A stretch of DNA of 48,506 nucleotides from an uncultured Staphylococcaceae bacterium (GCA_964368275.1 CAYJAQ010000004.1:1-48506); one strand, 5' to 3'. Positions 25,660 to 35,275 are shown, counted from the first letter of the stretch. Made by a program: numbers and translations. Notes: a model not told the origin generated them from the sequence alone.

Positions 25660-25905
25660 ATGTTTGGTATTATTTATCGTTTCGTATTTAAAATGTTTTT
25701 AATTGTGCTACCAGCCGTATCATTAGCTGTCATGACAGCTTTTGCGATTGTTGGTTTCATATCACGTTGGTGGTTACTTTTAACACTAGCTTCCTTTATT
25801 GTGGTAATTATTTGGTACAACATTCGCGCTAAACGTGAACATGAAATGTTTATTACTACGGAAAGAGCAACATCGATTGATAAAAGAGATGGAATGGAGG
25901 AATAA
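25660..25905 (+). CDS. Small two-TM membrane protein
   Basis: The 81-aa product has two hydrophobic helices. A hairpin terminator overlaps the stop. Confidence 0.5.
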   Translation: MFGIIYRFVFKMFLIVLPAVSLAVMTAFAIVGFISRWWLLLTLASFIVVIIWYNIRAKREHEMFITTERATSIDKRDGMEE

Positions 25906-25952
25906 CCACTTCCATCTTTTTATAAAATAAATTAAGTAATTAGGAGAAAAAA

Positions 25953-26960
25953 ATGCGTCGCAGAATAATTAAAGATAATTATCAGTCATATTTGGATCTA
26001 ATTGATACAGAGATTGCGATTAAACTGGTTAAGGATACTTTTGAGAAGAAACTTCAAACAGCCCTAAATTTAATTCGGGTTTCAGCACCACTTTTTGTCA
26101 TGCCCCATACTGGTTTAAATGACAATTTAAACGGCTATGAAAAAGCGATATCTTTTAAAGCAAGTGACATAGATAATGATTTGGAGATTGTACAATCTCT
26201 CGCAAAGTGGAAGAGAAATGCCTTAAAGAAGTACCAATTTTCGCATGAAGTAGGATTATATACCGACATGAATGCAATCAGACCATGTGAGGAATTGGAT
26301 AATATTCATTCATTATATGTCGATCAGTGGGATTGGGAAAAAATTATTAGTAAAGATGAAAGAAATTACGAATACCTAAAAAAGGTTGTTTCGCTCATAT
26401 ATCAAGCATTACTTGAAACTGAGGAAGTTGTTGCTAAAGCTTTCCCGGTTTTATCAACTGATCTACCAAAGAACATTACATTCATTTCTAGCCAAGAATT
26501 ATTGGATCGTTATCCAAGTTTAAATGCCAAAGAGCGGGAAGATAAAGCAGCTCAAGAATATGGTGCTGTGTTTATCTATCAAATTGGTTGGCCTCTTACT
26601 AGTGGTGAACCTCATGATGCTAGAGCGGCCGACTATGACGATTGGTCTTTGAATGGAGATATCATTGTTTGGTATGATTTCCTCGGAATCTCATTGGAAT
26701 TATCATCAATGGGAATTAGAGTGGATAAAGAAATGCTTCAAAAACAACTTACCTATAAACACGAAGAAGTAAAGTTAGCATTACCATATTGCGAAGACAT
26801 CTTAAAGGAAGTTCTACCACTGACTATTGGCGGTGGAATAGGGCAATCTAGAATGTGTATGTTTATGCTTAAAAAGGTTCATATTGGTGAAGTACAATCA
26901 TCAGAATGGCCTAATGATGAAATAGATTATTTTCAAAAACATAATGTCCATTTACTCTAA
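25953..26960 (+). CDS. asnA: Aspartate--ammonia ligase (asparagine synthetase A)
   Basis: It is collinear with E. coli AsnA as I remember it (SLAKWKR, YVDQWDWEK, LSSMGIRVD, TIGGGIGQSR). Confidence 0.9.
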   Translation: MRRRIIKDNYQSYLDLIDTEIAIKLVKDTFEKKLQTALNLIRVSAPLFVMPHTGLNDNLNGYEKAISFKASDIDNDLEIVQSLAKWKRNALKKYQFSHEVGLYTDMNAIRPCEELDNIHSLYVDQWDWEKIISKDERNYEYLKKVVSLIYQALLETEEVVAKAFPVLSTDLPKNITFISSQELLDRYPSLNAKEREDKAAQEYGAVFIYQIGWPLTSGEPHDARAADYDDWSLNGDIIVWYDFLGISLELSSMGIRVDKEMLQKQLTYKHEEVKLALPYCEDILKEVLPLTIGGGIGQSRMCMFMLKKVHIGEVQSSEWPNDEIDYFQKHNVHLL

Positions 26961-26996
26961 GTCGCAAAGTGCAATATCGCATTTAGCGACTTTTCT
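26961..26996 (+). terminator. Rho-independent terminator
   Basis: GTCGCAAAGTGC ... GCATTTAGCGAC, an imperfect stem, followed by TTTTCT. Confidence 0.55.
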
Positions 26997-27076
26997 CGCT
27001 TATTATGAAAATTATAAATAATAAAGATGGAAAAAGTAGGACATAATATATTGATAAAAACAAATTAGTAAAAGAT

Positions 27077-27105
27077 TTGTACTTTTCTTTAATTTGTTTT
27101 ATAAT
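27077..27105 (+). promoter_or_regulatory. sigma-A promoter
   Basis: TTGTAC, a 17-nt spacer, then TATAAT (27100-27105). Confidence 0.6.
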
Positions 27106-27128
27106 TGATTTAGAAAGAAGAGGTTAGT

Positions 27129-29102
27129 ATGAAAAAGATTTTTGGTATTATATTTTTACTAGCAGCAGCAGGCTGTGCTTTTTGGACATATAAAACATTT
27201 TCTGGTGGTGAGAAACCAGGTACGCCTACTTATGAGGTAGCGTTTCTAGTTGATGGCAGTGTCTATACTTCTGAAAATGTTCTAAGAGGTGGTAAACCAA
27301 CAATTCCCGAAAATCCTGAAAAGAGTGGCCATACTTTTGTTGAGTGGACACCTAACCCTGGTGACGTAACTTATGTTACTGAAAATCTCAAATTTGAAGC
27401 TGTGTTTACAGTTAATCAATATAATGTTGCTTTCCATACTAATGGGGCTAATGATATTGAAAGTTATACAGGCGATTTTGGAACTAAGGTAACCAAACCA
27501 ACTGATCCAAGCAAAGCTGGTTATGATTTTGCTGGTTGGGAGTATAATGGAGCCTTGTTTAATTTTAATGAAGATACTATCCCTGACCATGATATTATCT
27601 TATCAGCTACTTATACAAAAAAAGAATATACATTAACAATTCACGATGTTGAAGGCGAAACATTTGCAAATATTGTTGCTCATTATGATGAGAGAATTTA
27701 TCAACCAGATGAGCCAGTAGTTGCTGGAAAAGAAGGGTATGCCATAAAATGGTATGCTGATTCTGAATGCAAACAGTTATTTAGTTTTTATCGAATGCCG
27801 GCAGCTAACATGGACATTTATGGTAGATGGGAATTGATTGAAGCAATAGATGCTAGTTTCTTGTCTGAAAATGTTATGAGTATGGCTGTTATTGATACTT
27901 TTGAGCAATTGGTGTATTATATTGAAAATATTGTTTTCTTACGAGATAGCAATAAAGCAGCTGAGATTTTAGAAGATGGTATTTACAAATATTATTATGA
28001 GATTCCGGTTTCTTTTTCAGTTGCTAATTACCGTACTGTGATGGATAATGTAAAAAAGGCTTTAACCATTGATTCGCAGTTTAAGGTTACATCTCGCTTT
28101 GATGAAGATACTAATACTTTCCGCCTTACCTTTGAATTTGATGATGAAGCATATCAAAGTGCTTCGCTAAATGATAAATATTTACAATTAGATGCATTAG
28201 ATTATGTGGTAAAAGGTAAACGCGATGATACTTTCGACAATTTTAAGATTAATAACGTTACTAAAGCATATCCGGTTGAAACTAGTGAGCAGCTATTCTT
28301 TGTAATGAATCGCGGCTATCGACCTGAATTCACCACATTTAATAGTGAAGCTGAGAAAATGTACAAAGCAGCAAAGAATGTGTTAAGACAGATAATCGAT
28401 GATAACATGACTGATATTGAAAAACTATTAGCAATTTATGAATGGATTATTATGGAGAATACTTATGATGCGGCACTAGCACAACTTGTTAAGTCCAATG
28501 ACCCGGCTTATCGGTCTTATTATGGTTTCTTTTTAGAAGGTGTTTTCACTGATAACCGTGCTGTTTGCGATGGCTTATCGAAAGCTTTTACAGTTTTAGC
28601 ACGTATTGAAGGCATTGAAATGATTCAAGTTAGTGGTATTTCAGCTAATAGTAAGACATTACATGCTTGGAATAAGGTACGCCTTGACAATCAATGGTAT
28701 ATTGTTGATGCTACATCTGGTGGTACGATTCAGGGTGACACATATGAAGTCTTAAATCATAATTTCTTCTTAATCACTGAATCTCAAATGGAAAACTATT
28801 ATTATTGTCAATCGACACCAATTGATGCATTTGGCGCATATGATTACTATAAAGAGACTAAATTTACATATGAAGACAACTCTTATGATTTATTCATCGA
28901 TTCACAAGATGAATTAGCGACGATTTTAAAATACTATGTTGAAAATGCTAGTGAGCAAGAAACCTTTGATTTTAAGATCGGTTATGATTATGGCACAAGC
29001 ATTAATGATGAACTAAGTCTAGCAATTCCCGAAGGAGCTACTATTAAATTCTTTATGGATTTAGACGTACTTGTAATTAGTGGTTGGAGTAAAGGAAAAT
29101 AA
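27129..29102 (+). CDS. Surface protein with Listeria-Bacteroides (InlB B-type) repeats plus a transglutaminase-like cysteine-protease domain
   Basis: It has an N-terminal signal or anchor. Repeats carry G(H/Y)xFxxW signatures (GHTFVEWT, GYDFAGWEY, GYAIKWY). The C-terminal domain shows a Cys-His-Asp pattern (AVCDGLSKAF ... LHAWNKV ... YIVDAT). Confidence 0.75.
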   Translation: MKKIFGIIFLLAAAGCAFWTYKTFSGGEKPGTPTYEVAFLVDGSVYTSENVLRGGKPTIPENPEKSGHTFVEWTPNPGDVTYVTENLKFEAVFTVNQYNVAFHTNGANDIESYTGDFGTKVTKPTDPSKAGYDFAGWEYNGALFNFNEDTIPDHDIILSATYTKKEYTLTIHDVEGETFANIVAHYDERIYQPDEPVVAGKEGYAIKWYADSECKQLFSFYRMPAANMDIYGRWELIEAIDASFLSENVMSMAVIDTFEQLVYYIENIVFLRDSNKAAEILEDGIYKYYYEIPVSFSVANYRTVMDNVKKALTIDSQFKVTSRFDEDTNTFRLTFEFDDEAYQSASLNDKYLQLDALDYVVKGKRDDTFDNFKINNVTKAYPVETSEQLFFVMNRGYRPEFTTFNSEAEKMYKAAKNVLRQIIDDNMTDIEKLLAIYEWIIMENTYDAALAQLVKSNDPAYRSYYGFFLEGVFTDNRAVCDGLSKAFTVLARIEGIEMIQVSGISANSKTLHAWNKVRLDNQWYIVDATSGGTIQGDTYEVLNHNFFLITESQMENYYYCQSTPIDAFGAYDYYKETKFTYEDNSYDLFIDSQDELATILKYYVENASEQETFDFKIGYDYGTSINDELSLAIPEGATIKFFMDLDVLVISGWSKGK

Positions 29103-29125
29103 ACCCGCGAGGGTTTTTCTTTTTG
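29101..29125 (+). terminator. Rho-independent terminator
   Basis: AAACCC-GCGA-GGGTTT followed by TTCTTTTT. Confidence 0.75.
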
Positions 29126-29192
29126 AATATGTTGAAAACACTGTCGGAATATGTTATAATTAAGCGACATTTTAATGAAAAGGAGTACAAAA

Positions 29193-31079
29193 ATGGTTAA
29201 GAGATATAAAACACTTGATAAAACTTGGAAAGAAATCTTGTTTGCTATGTCTGGTTTAGGACCAAACCTATTAATGGTATTGATGGGAGCATATTTTTCT
29301 GATGCAATTAATCCTGCCGCTTTACCAACTGGCTCATTACAAGCTATTTCCACAACTTGCTACATTATGCCGTTAGTCTTTCCGATATTATGGTTTTTAG
29401 CAAAAGCTTTTGATGGATTAATTGATATTCCGCTAGCTGCCGTTACTGACAATTTAAAGACAAAATGGGGTAGAAGAAGACCACCAATTGTTGTGTGCAT
29501 TTTACCAATGATTATTTCTTATGCACTTTGTTGGATGCCGATCTTTGGAGAAAACCAATTAGCTAATACCATTTGGATTGCCGCTTGGGCTTTGTTATTC
29601 TTTACAACTTATACAATGTGTTTGATTGCCTTTTATGGAAGTTTATCAACAGTATGTGTAAATGAGAGTCAAAGACTACGGGTTTCTTCGTTTAAAGCTT
29701 TCTTTGATACAATTTCTTATTGCTTAGTGTATGCTTTAGTTCCCGTCCTATTAGGAGCTTTTAACATTCACATTGATAAATTTGTTTTCTTACTATTACC
29801 ATTAATGCTATCAATGCTAATTCCAATCTTTATGATAAAAGAAGGAGATAAGTTTGAAGCAAAATGTAAAGAAAATGGGATTGATATTACACCACTTGCT
29901 GAAGAAAAACGCGTATCAATTTGGGAAAGTATTAAATTAACTTTTACCAATAAAATATTCTTAAAATGGCTTTTAGTTAACTGCTGCACATTTTTCGGTC
30001 TACAGATGTTCTTAGTCGCCATGAATGCGATGATATTAGGTGGTATGGGTATGAGTGGCGCCCAAATGGCAATACTTAATACTTGTGCATTTGCACCAGT
30101 TCCATTAATGCTATATGGCTTTAACAAATTAAAAGCTAAAAAAGGTATGCGCTTTACTTATCAAACTTGCTTATTGTCATTCGCTATTTGTATTTTAGGC
30201 TTTGATATAGCTAGTTTATATGTTATGGGACCTGATAATGTTACCTTGCAGATCATTGTTGGCTGTATCGGTGGTGTAATTGGATCTTGGGCAATTGGTT
30301 CATTCTTCATGATGCCATATATGATTCCAGCTCAAATATCTTCAATTGAAGAAAAATTAACAGGTAAGAACCATTCAGCTATGTATTTTGCTGCTCAAGC
30401 GGTTTCGACATCAATTATTGGAGCAGTTGCTGCTTCCTTAGTATATGAAAATGTTAAGATGCTATTTATCACAAAAGCTGGTGATGGTATCAAATGGGCT
30501 CATAATTTTGAAGAAGCTGCTGAACTATTTGGCACAACAGCAGATAAAGTATATAATCTTGGTACGCTATTAGTACCAATCATTGTTTCAGTATTCTGTG
30601 TTCTTGGTTTCTTCTTGTGTTTCTTAATGCCTAAAAATTATTCACCAAAAGTGGTAGCTAAAGAACTAGGCTTAGAAAAAGAATACGAAGCTAATAAAGA
30701 TCAGTTTGAAGAAGAAGACGAAAAGATCTATGATTCAGAGAGTATTATTGTTATGCTGACTTTATGGATCTTATCAGGTACTATTTTTGGTATTTTCTGG
30801 CGTTACGGAATTATTGAAAAAGTCAATAAACTTTCACCAATTAAGTCACGCCGAGTACATTGGTTGTTGTCAGTTTTGATTCCACCATATTTTGCATATG
30901 TTGTCTTTATGACTAACAAACGCTTAATAGCAGAAGCAAGAGCTAAAAATATGGTTGTGAAAGACCTTAGTGTGTTATACTTAATTTTAGCTTTATTTGG
31001 CTTAAATATCGTTTCTTATATAATAATGCAAAACCAATTAAACGGTATTTTAAAGGTAGTTGAAGCTTCTGAGAATTAA
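29193..31079 (+). CDS. GPH/MFS-family sugar:cation symporter fused to a C-terminal 3-TM DUF4234-like module
   Basis: It has the GPH motif DGLIDIPLAAVTDNLKTKWGRRRP and about 12 TM helices. An acidic linker follows (EEEDEKIYDSE), then an extra hydrophobic module (nt 30633-31076). The start is the ATG at 29193, 8 nt after AAGGAG. Confidence 0.75.
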   Translation: MVKRYKTLDKTWKEILFAMSGLGPNLLMVLMGAYFSDAINPAALPTGSLQAISTTCYIMPLVFPILWFLAKAFDGLIDIPLAAVTDNLKTKWGRRRPPIVVCILPMIISYALCWMPIFGENQLANTIWIAAWALLFFTTYTMCLIAFYGSLSTVCVNESQRLRVSSFKAFFDTISYCLVYALVPVLLGAFNIHIDKFVFLLLPLMLSMLIPIFMIKEGDKFEAKCKENGIDITPLAEEKRVSIWESIKLTFTNKIFLKWLLVNCCTFFGLQMFLVAMNAMILGGMGMSGAQMAILNTCAFAPVPLMLYGFNKLKAKKGMRFTYQTCLLSFAICILGFDIASLYVMGPDNVTLQIIVGCIGGVIGSWAIGSFFMMPYMIPAQISSIEEKLTGKNHSAMYFAAQAVSTSIIGAVAASLVYENVKMLFITKAGDGIKWAHNFEEAAELFGTTADKVYNLGTLLVPIIVSVFCVLGFFLCFLMPKNYSPKVVAKELGLEKEYEANKDQFEEEDEKIYDSESIIVMLTLWILSGTIFGIFWRYGIIEKVNKLSPIKSRRVHWLLSVLIPPYFAYVVFMTNKRLIAEARAKNMVVKDLSVLYLILALFGLNIVSYIIMQNQLNGILKVVEASEN

Positions 31080-31110
31080 AAAACGGATTTTCCCGTTTTT
31101 TTCTTTTTAT
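31080..31110 (+). terminator. Rho-independent terminator
   Basis: AAAACGG-ATTTTC-CCGTTTT followed by a T-run. Confidence 0.75.
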
Positions 31111-31165
31111 TTTAATTGTTAAAAGAAATAAGATGTGATAAAATATTGGCTAATGGAGAAAAATT

Positions 31166-31816
31166 ATGAGATTATTAAAGATATCAGTTATTATTTTACT
31201 TTTTGTTGGTCTTGTATCTTGTAAGGATGATAGCCCAAAGATTGACTGTCAAAATAATCCAGAATCAGAGGAATGTCAGGAGAAGGAAGAACATACTATG
31301 AATCCAATAATAATTATTACATTAACAGACGGAAGAACGATTAATATTGAACTTTATCCCGAAGTTGCACCGAAGAGTGTTGCTAATTTTTTAAAATTAG
31401 TGGAAGCTAAACATTATGATGGTGTTATTTTCCACCGGGTAATTGAAAATTTTATGATTCAAACTGGTCAATACTACATTGATGGTAACTTCATCAAGGA
31501 TAAACCAGAGACTGACCCTATTAAAGGTGAGTTTACGGAAAATGGCTTTAAGAATGATTTATTACATGAATTGGGCGTTATTTCAATGGCTCGTACCAAT
31601 GATCCTAATAGCGCTACTTCACAATTCTTTATTTGCTCGGCTTCATCACCTCATTTAGATGGTAAATATGCTGCCTTTGGTAAAACGATTGATGAAAGTA
31701 GCAATGAAGTTGTCCTTGATATTAGTAAGACCGCTATAGGATATCTAGGACCAGGTTTTGAACATTTTCCGGTAAATCCTGTTACCATTGCTTCGATTAG
31801 AATAAAACAGGATTAG
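31166..31816 (+). CDS. Cyclophilin-type peptidyl-prolyl isomerase, lipoprotein
   Basis: It has the lipobox GLVSC. Cyclophilin motifs FHRVIENFMIQTG and SMARTNDPNSATSQFFI are present. Confidence 0.9.
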   Translation: MRLLKISVIILLFVGLVSCKDDSPKIDCQNNPESEECQEKEEHTMNPIIIITLTDGRTINIELYPEVAPKSVANFLKLVEAKHYDGVIFHRVIENFMIQTGQYYIDGNFIKDKPETDPIKGEFTENGFKNDLLHELGVISMARTNDPNSATSQFFICSASSPHLDGKYAAFGKTIDESSNEVVLDISKTAIGYLGPGFEHFPVNPVTIASIRIKQD

Positions 31817-31818
31817 TC

Positions 31819-32454
31819 ATGAAAATTGTGAAATGTTTAATAGGTGGGATAATAGCTGGTGCTCTTATTTCAATTGGTGGTTGTGCCCTTTTAGCATGTG
31901 AGAATAAGCTCCTTGGTGCTTTCTTATTTACTTTGGGATTATTAACAATATGTTCATTTGGGTTTAATCTTTTTACAGGGAAAGTTGGCTATTTATTGGA
32001 ACAAAAGCCTCGTTATTTAATTGATTTACTAGTGATGTTAATTGGTAATTTCATTGGTACAGTTATTATTGGGCTATTAGTTCGCCTAACTAGACTAACT
32101 AATATTATTGAAGGTGCTGAAAAGCTGATGGCAATCAAGAATAATAATGATCCATTAAGTATATTGGTGCTAGGCATACTCTGCGGTGTTATGGTTTATA
32201 TTGCTGTGGCAGGGTATAAGAAAGCCGAACATCCATTTACTAAAGCTTTGGTTGTTATTATGGCAATTATGACTTTTATTATTGCTGGTTTCGAACATAG
32301 TATTGCTGATATGTTTTATATGGTAGCGGGCAATGTTTGGAGTGTTACATCACTGATTACGTTAACATTGGTTGTCTTTGGTAATAGTATTGGTGCCTTG
32401 CTATGTAATATTCTACTTTATTTATTTAAGAAAGAAGAAAAAAATAATGCTTAA
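31819..32454 (+). CDS. Formate/nitrite transporter (FNT) family protein, short form
   Basis: The 211-aa membrane protein has GFNLFTGK and GFEHSIADMF motifs. Confidence 0.75.
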   Translation: MKIVKCLIGGIIAGALISIGGCALLACENKLLGAFLFTLGLLTICSFGFNLFTGKVGYLLEQKPRYLIDLLVMLIGNFIGTVIIGLLVRLTRLTNIIEGAEKLMAIKNNNDPLSILVLGILCGVMVYIAVAGYKKAEHPFTKALVVIMAIMTFIIAGFEHSIADMFYMVAGNVWSVTSLITLTLVVFGNSIGALLCNILLYLFKKEEKNNA

Positions 32455-33619
32455 TTTTGATTATTACTCGCCTACTAAAATTTATTTTGGCAGAAATCGG
32501 GAAGATGAGATTGGTAAGATTATTCAATCGTATGGATACAAGAAGGTATTATTACATTATGGTCAAAGTTCAATCAAGAAGAGTGGCTTATATGATTGTA
32601 TTGTCAAATCATTAAATGATAATCAAATTAACTTTGTTGAACAAGGTGGGGTTTCAGCAAATCCCAAAATTGAGCTTGTCCGTCAGACGGTTGCTTTATG
32701 TAAAAAAGAACAAGTTGACTTTATTTTAGCAGTTGGTGGTGGCTCGGTAATTGATTCAGCAAAATTAACTGCTGTTGGCAGTTTGGCAGAAGTTGATCCT
32801 TGGTGTTTTAGTATGCATGAAGAAACTGTAAAAAAGGCTTTACCAATTGGCGTTATTTTAACAATTAGTGCAGCTGGTAGTGAACTAAGTAATTCATGTG
32901 TTATTAGTAATCCTGTTGGTAAATTGAAACGCGGCTTTAATAGCGATTTAATTAGACCGCTATTCGCTGTGATGAATCCTGAATTAACATACACGGTTTC
33001 TAAATACCAAACTGGTTGTGGAATTGTTGATATATTGATGCATACCTTAGAACGCTATTTTACGGATACCCCTGATACGGAATTTACTAGTAATCTTTCT
33101 GAAGGTTTATTGAAAACAGTTATTGAAAGTGGTAGAAGAGCAATTGCTAATCCTTTTGACTATGAAGCACGGGCTAATTTAATGATAGCTAGTAGTTTTT
33201 CACATAATGGTTTAACGGGAATGGGGCTACAAATGTTTTTCACTGTTCATAAATTAGAACATGAGCTAAGTGGTATGTATGATGAAGTCGCTCATGGAGC
33301 GGGTCTTTCGGTATTATTCCCAGCTTGGGCCAAATATGTTTACTTACATGATCTTCCACGTTTTGCTCGTTTTGCTAGAAACGTCATGAACGTTGATAGT
33401 ATCTTACCACTAGAAGAACAAGCCCAAGAAGGAATAAAATGTTTAGAGCAATATTTTAAGGAAATTGCAATGCCAACAACACTACATGAACTTGGTATAG
33501 ATAATAGGGGCTTCAGTGAAATGGCTAGTAAAGCAACAAATAATGGTAAAAATGTTGTCAAGGGGATAATTGATCTAACCCCTAAAGATATAATAGCAAT
33601 TTTTGAACTTGCAAAATAA
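32447..33619 (+). CDS. Iron-containing alcohol dehydrogenase (butanol dehydrogenase/YqhD-like)
   Basis: It starts MLNFDYYSPTKIYFG and has GGGSVIDSAK and a His-rich metal site (HxxEH ... HG). The start at 32447 overlaps the FNT gene by 8 nt. The track start at 32372 is an out-of-frame extension into the FNT gene. Confidence 0.85.
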   Translation: MLNFDYYSPTKIYFGRNREDEIGKIIQSYGYKKVLLHYGQSSIKKSGLYDCIVKSLNDNQINFVEQGGVSANPKIELVRQTVALCKKEQVDFILAVGGGSVIDSAKLTAVGSLAEVDPWCFSMHEETVKKALPIGVILTISAAGSELSNSCVISNPVGKLKRGFNSDLIRPLFAVMNPELTYTVSKYQTGCGIVDILMHTLERYFTDTPDTEFTSNLSEGLLKTVIESGRRAIANPFDYEARANLMIASSFSHNGLTGMGLQMFFTVHKLEHELSGMYDEVAHGAGLSVLFPAWAKYVYLHDLPRFARFARNVMNVDSILPLEEQAQEGIKCLEQYFKEIAMPTTLHELGIDNRGFSEMASKATNNGKNVVKGIIDLTPKDIIAIFELAK

Positions 33620-33653
33620 AAAATCACAAGTTGAATAATCAATACTTGTGATT
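33611..33653 (-). terminator. Hairpin with a U-tract on the reverse strand (terminates the tRNA transcript; may also stop adh read-through)
   Basis: AATCACAAGT (33622-33631) pairs with ACTTGTGATT (33644-33653). The T-run occurs only in the reverse orientation (33611-33621). Confidence 0.55.
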
Positions 33654-33787
33654 AGTTAAAGATATTTATATTGTTAACAAAACGATTTAACTAGATAGAA
33701 AGTCATAAGAATAAATACTTTGGCAGTTTCTCTTTAGCAATCGTTTTTTCTTTTAGCACTGACTAAAAGTGTTAATACTAATAAAAA

Positions 33788-33862
33788 TGGCACGCTTGGA
33801 GGGAATTGAACCCCCATCAGCAGGATCGGAACCTGCTACCTTATCCATTAGGCCACAAGCGC
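33788..33862 (-). tRNA. tRNA-Arg (anticodon CCG), CCA encoded
   Basis: I folded the reverse complement by hand into a 75-nt cloverleaf. The acceptor stem is 7 bp with one G-U, the D stem 4 bp and the T stem 5 bp. The anticodon stem GCAGG/CCTGC carries loop TTCCGAT. The 3' end is GCCA. Confidence 0.9.
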
Positions 33863-34035
33863 ATATTGCAATCATAAATAGATTAGATGTTGCGATTAAT
33901 AATAGCATATTTTTTTAGAAAAAGCAATTAAAATGGCCAATATAAAATCATAGCCAAAGTGTTTGCGTTTTTTGGTAAAATATGTTATACTATATATACT
34001 GATAAATAGGTAATATTATCATGTGGGAGAAGAAT

Positions 34036-34683
34036 ATGGCAATAAAAGAACAATTAGAAATAGTAAAAGAATCATTAAAAGATTATCCTAATGTAAAGAT
34101 TGTTGTAGCTACCAAATATATTGGCATTGATAAAACGCGTGAAGTGATTGAGGCTGGTATTAAAGACTTAGGCGAAAATCGTACTGATTCATTTTTAGAA
34201 AAATATGATGCTTTTGAAGGGCAAAACATTAAATGGCATTTTTTCGGTGTTTTACAAACTAGAAAAGTCCGTATGGTGATTGACAAGATTGATTACTTAC
34301 ATTCATTAGATAGTCTTTCACTAGCTAGTGAGATTGATAAACGCCGCAAAAGTCCCTTGGATTGCTTTGTACAAGTCAATGTTTCTAATGACCCAAATAA
34401 GTCAGGCATTGATGAAACCAAAGTTGTACCATTTATTAAGAGTTTAGCAAAATATCCTAATATTCATGTCATAGGTTTAATGACAATTGCTAGATTCACT
34501 TTTGACGAGGATTTATTAAACGGTTATTTTGCGACTATGAAATCATTGCAAGAAGAAGTAAAAGCCCTTAATCTACCCTATGCCCCGTGTGAAGAGTTGT
34601 CGATGGGAATGAGTAACGATTACCTAATTGCGATTAAACATGGTGCTACCACTGTTAGACTAGGTCGTATATTATTAAAATAG
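34036..34683 (+). CDS. YggS/YlmE-family PLP-binding (PLP homeostasis) protein
   Basis: IVVATKYIGIDKTREVIEAGIKDLGENR and the C-terminal TVRLGRIL are typical. The start is the ATG at 34036, after GGGAG. Confidence 0.85.
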   Translation: MAIKEQLEIVKESLKDYPNVKIVVATKYIGIDKTREVIEAGIKDLGENRTDSFLEKYDAFEGQNIKWHFFGVLQTRKVRMVIDKIDYLHSLDSLSLASEIDKRRKSPLDCFVQVNVSNDPNKSGIDETKVVPFIKSLAKYPNIHVIGLMTIARFTFDEDLLNGYFATMKSLQEEVKALNLPYAPCEELSMGMSNDYLIAIKHGATTVRLGRILLK

Positions 34684-34692
34684 GAGGAACTT

Positions 34693-35007
34693 ATGTTCAA
34701 TAAAAAGAAAAAGAATGTAGAACCAAAATATTTGCTTTCTTCATTTGAAAGAATGGAACATCGGATTGTTGAAGATAAAGGCGAATTATTGGAATTATGT
34801 GATGTTATTATTGGGGGTAGAGCCCTCCTCGCTAATTTCGAAAAATTGTCACTAGATGATGCTAATTATATGTTGACTTTCTTATCTGGTGCTGTCTATG
34901 CATTAGCTGGTGAAGTACATAAAACTCATCCAAAAACCTTCTTATTTGGTTCAAGTGCAGAATATAAGGATGGAACTTTAAATGAGTTCTTAAAAGAAAG
35001 AGAATAA
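34693..35007 (+). CDS. sepF: Cell division protein SepF (YlmF), short form
   Basis: Its position between ylmE and ylmG homologues fits. The core reads IIGGRALLANFEKLSLDDANYMLTFLSGAVYALAGEV. Confidence 0.7.
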   Translation: MFNKKKKNVEPKYLLSSFERMEHRIVEDKGELLELCDVIIGGRALLANFEKLSLDDANYMLTFLSGAVYALAGEVHKTHPKTFLFGSSAEYKDGTLNEFLKERE

Positions 35008-35008
35008 A

Positions 35009-35275
35009 ATGGGAATATTACAGACATTTTTAATAGTGTTTTACTGTGCAATTGAAGTTTTCTGGGATTACATGGTAGTAGTAATAATCTTAGGATGGAT
35101 ACCGGGGATTTGGGAAAAAAGATGGTATCAGATTATGTATAAGGGAATCAGCTGGTATATCAGTCGATTTACAGGTTGGATAGTAATTGGACCAATTGAT
35201 TTTACACCAATTTTGGGCTTCCTTCTACTTAGAGGCGTTTTATGGGCCTTGTTAGAAATCATAAAAGTATTATAG
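35009..35275 (+). CDS. YggT/YlmG-family membrane protein
   Basis: The 88-aa product has two TM helices and sits in a conserved position after sepF. Confidence 0.7.
   Translation: MGILQTFLIVFYCAIEVFWDYMVVVIILGWIPGIWEKRWYQIMYKGISWYISRFTGWIVIGPIDFTPILGFLLLRGVLWALLEIIKVL

Noticed and set aside
28988-30127. Reverse-strand ORFs 28988-29353 and 29768-30127
   Set aside because: They are antisense to the surface protein and GPH transporter genes. The first would read through a + strand terminator.
32372-32446. N-terminal 25-codon extension of the alcohol dehydrogenase in the ORF track
   Set aside because: It lies within the FNT gene in another frame. The conserved ADH N-terminus (MLNFDYYSPTKIYFG) begins at 32447.
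32683-33642. Reverse-strand ORFs 32683-32994 and 33340-33642
   Set aside because: They are antisense shadows of the alcohol dehydrogenase gene.
33654-34035. tRNA-Arg as the integration site of an island
   Set aside because: Flanking genes on both sides are ordinary housekeeping genes. No integrase and no direct repeat of the tRNA 3' end were seen nearby.
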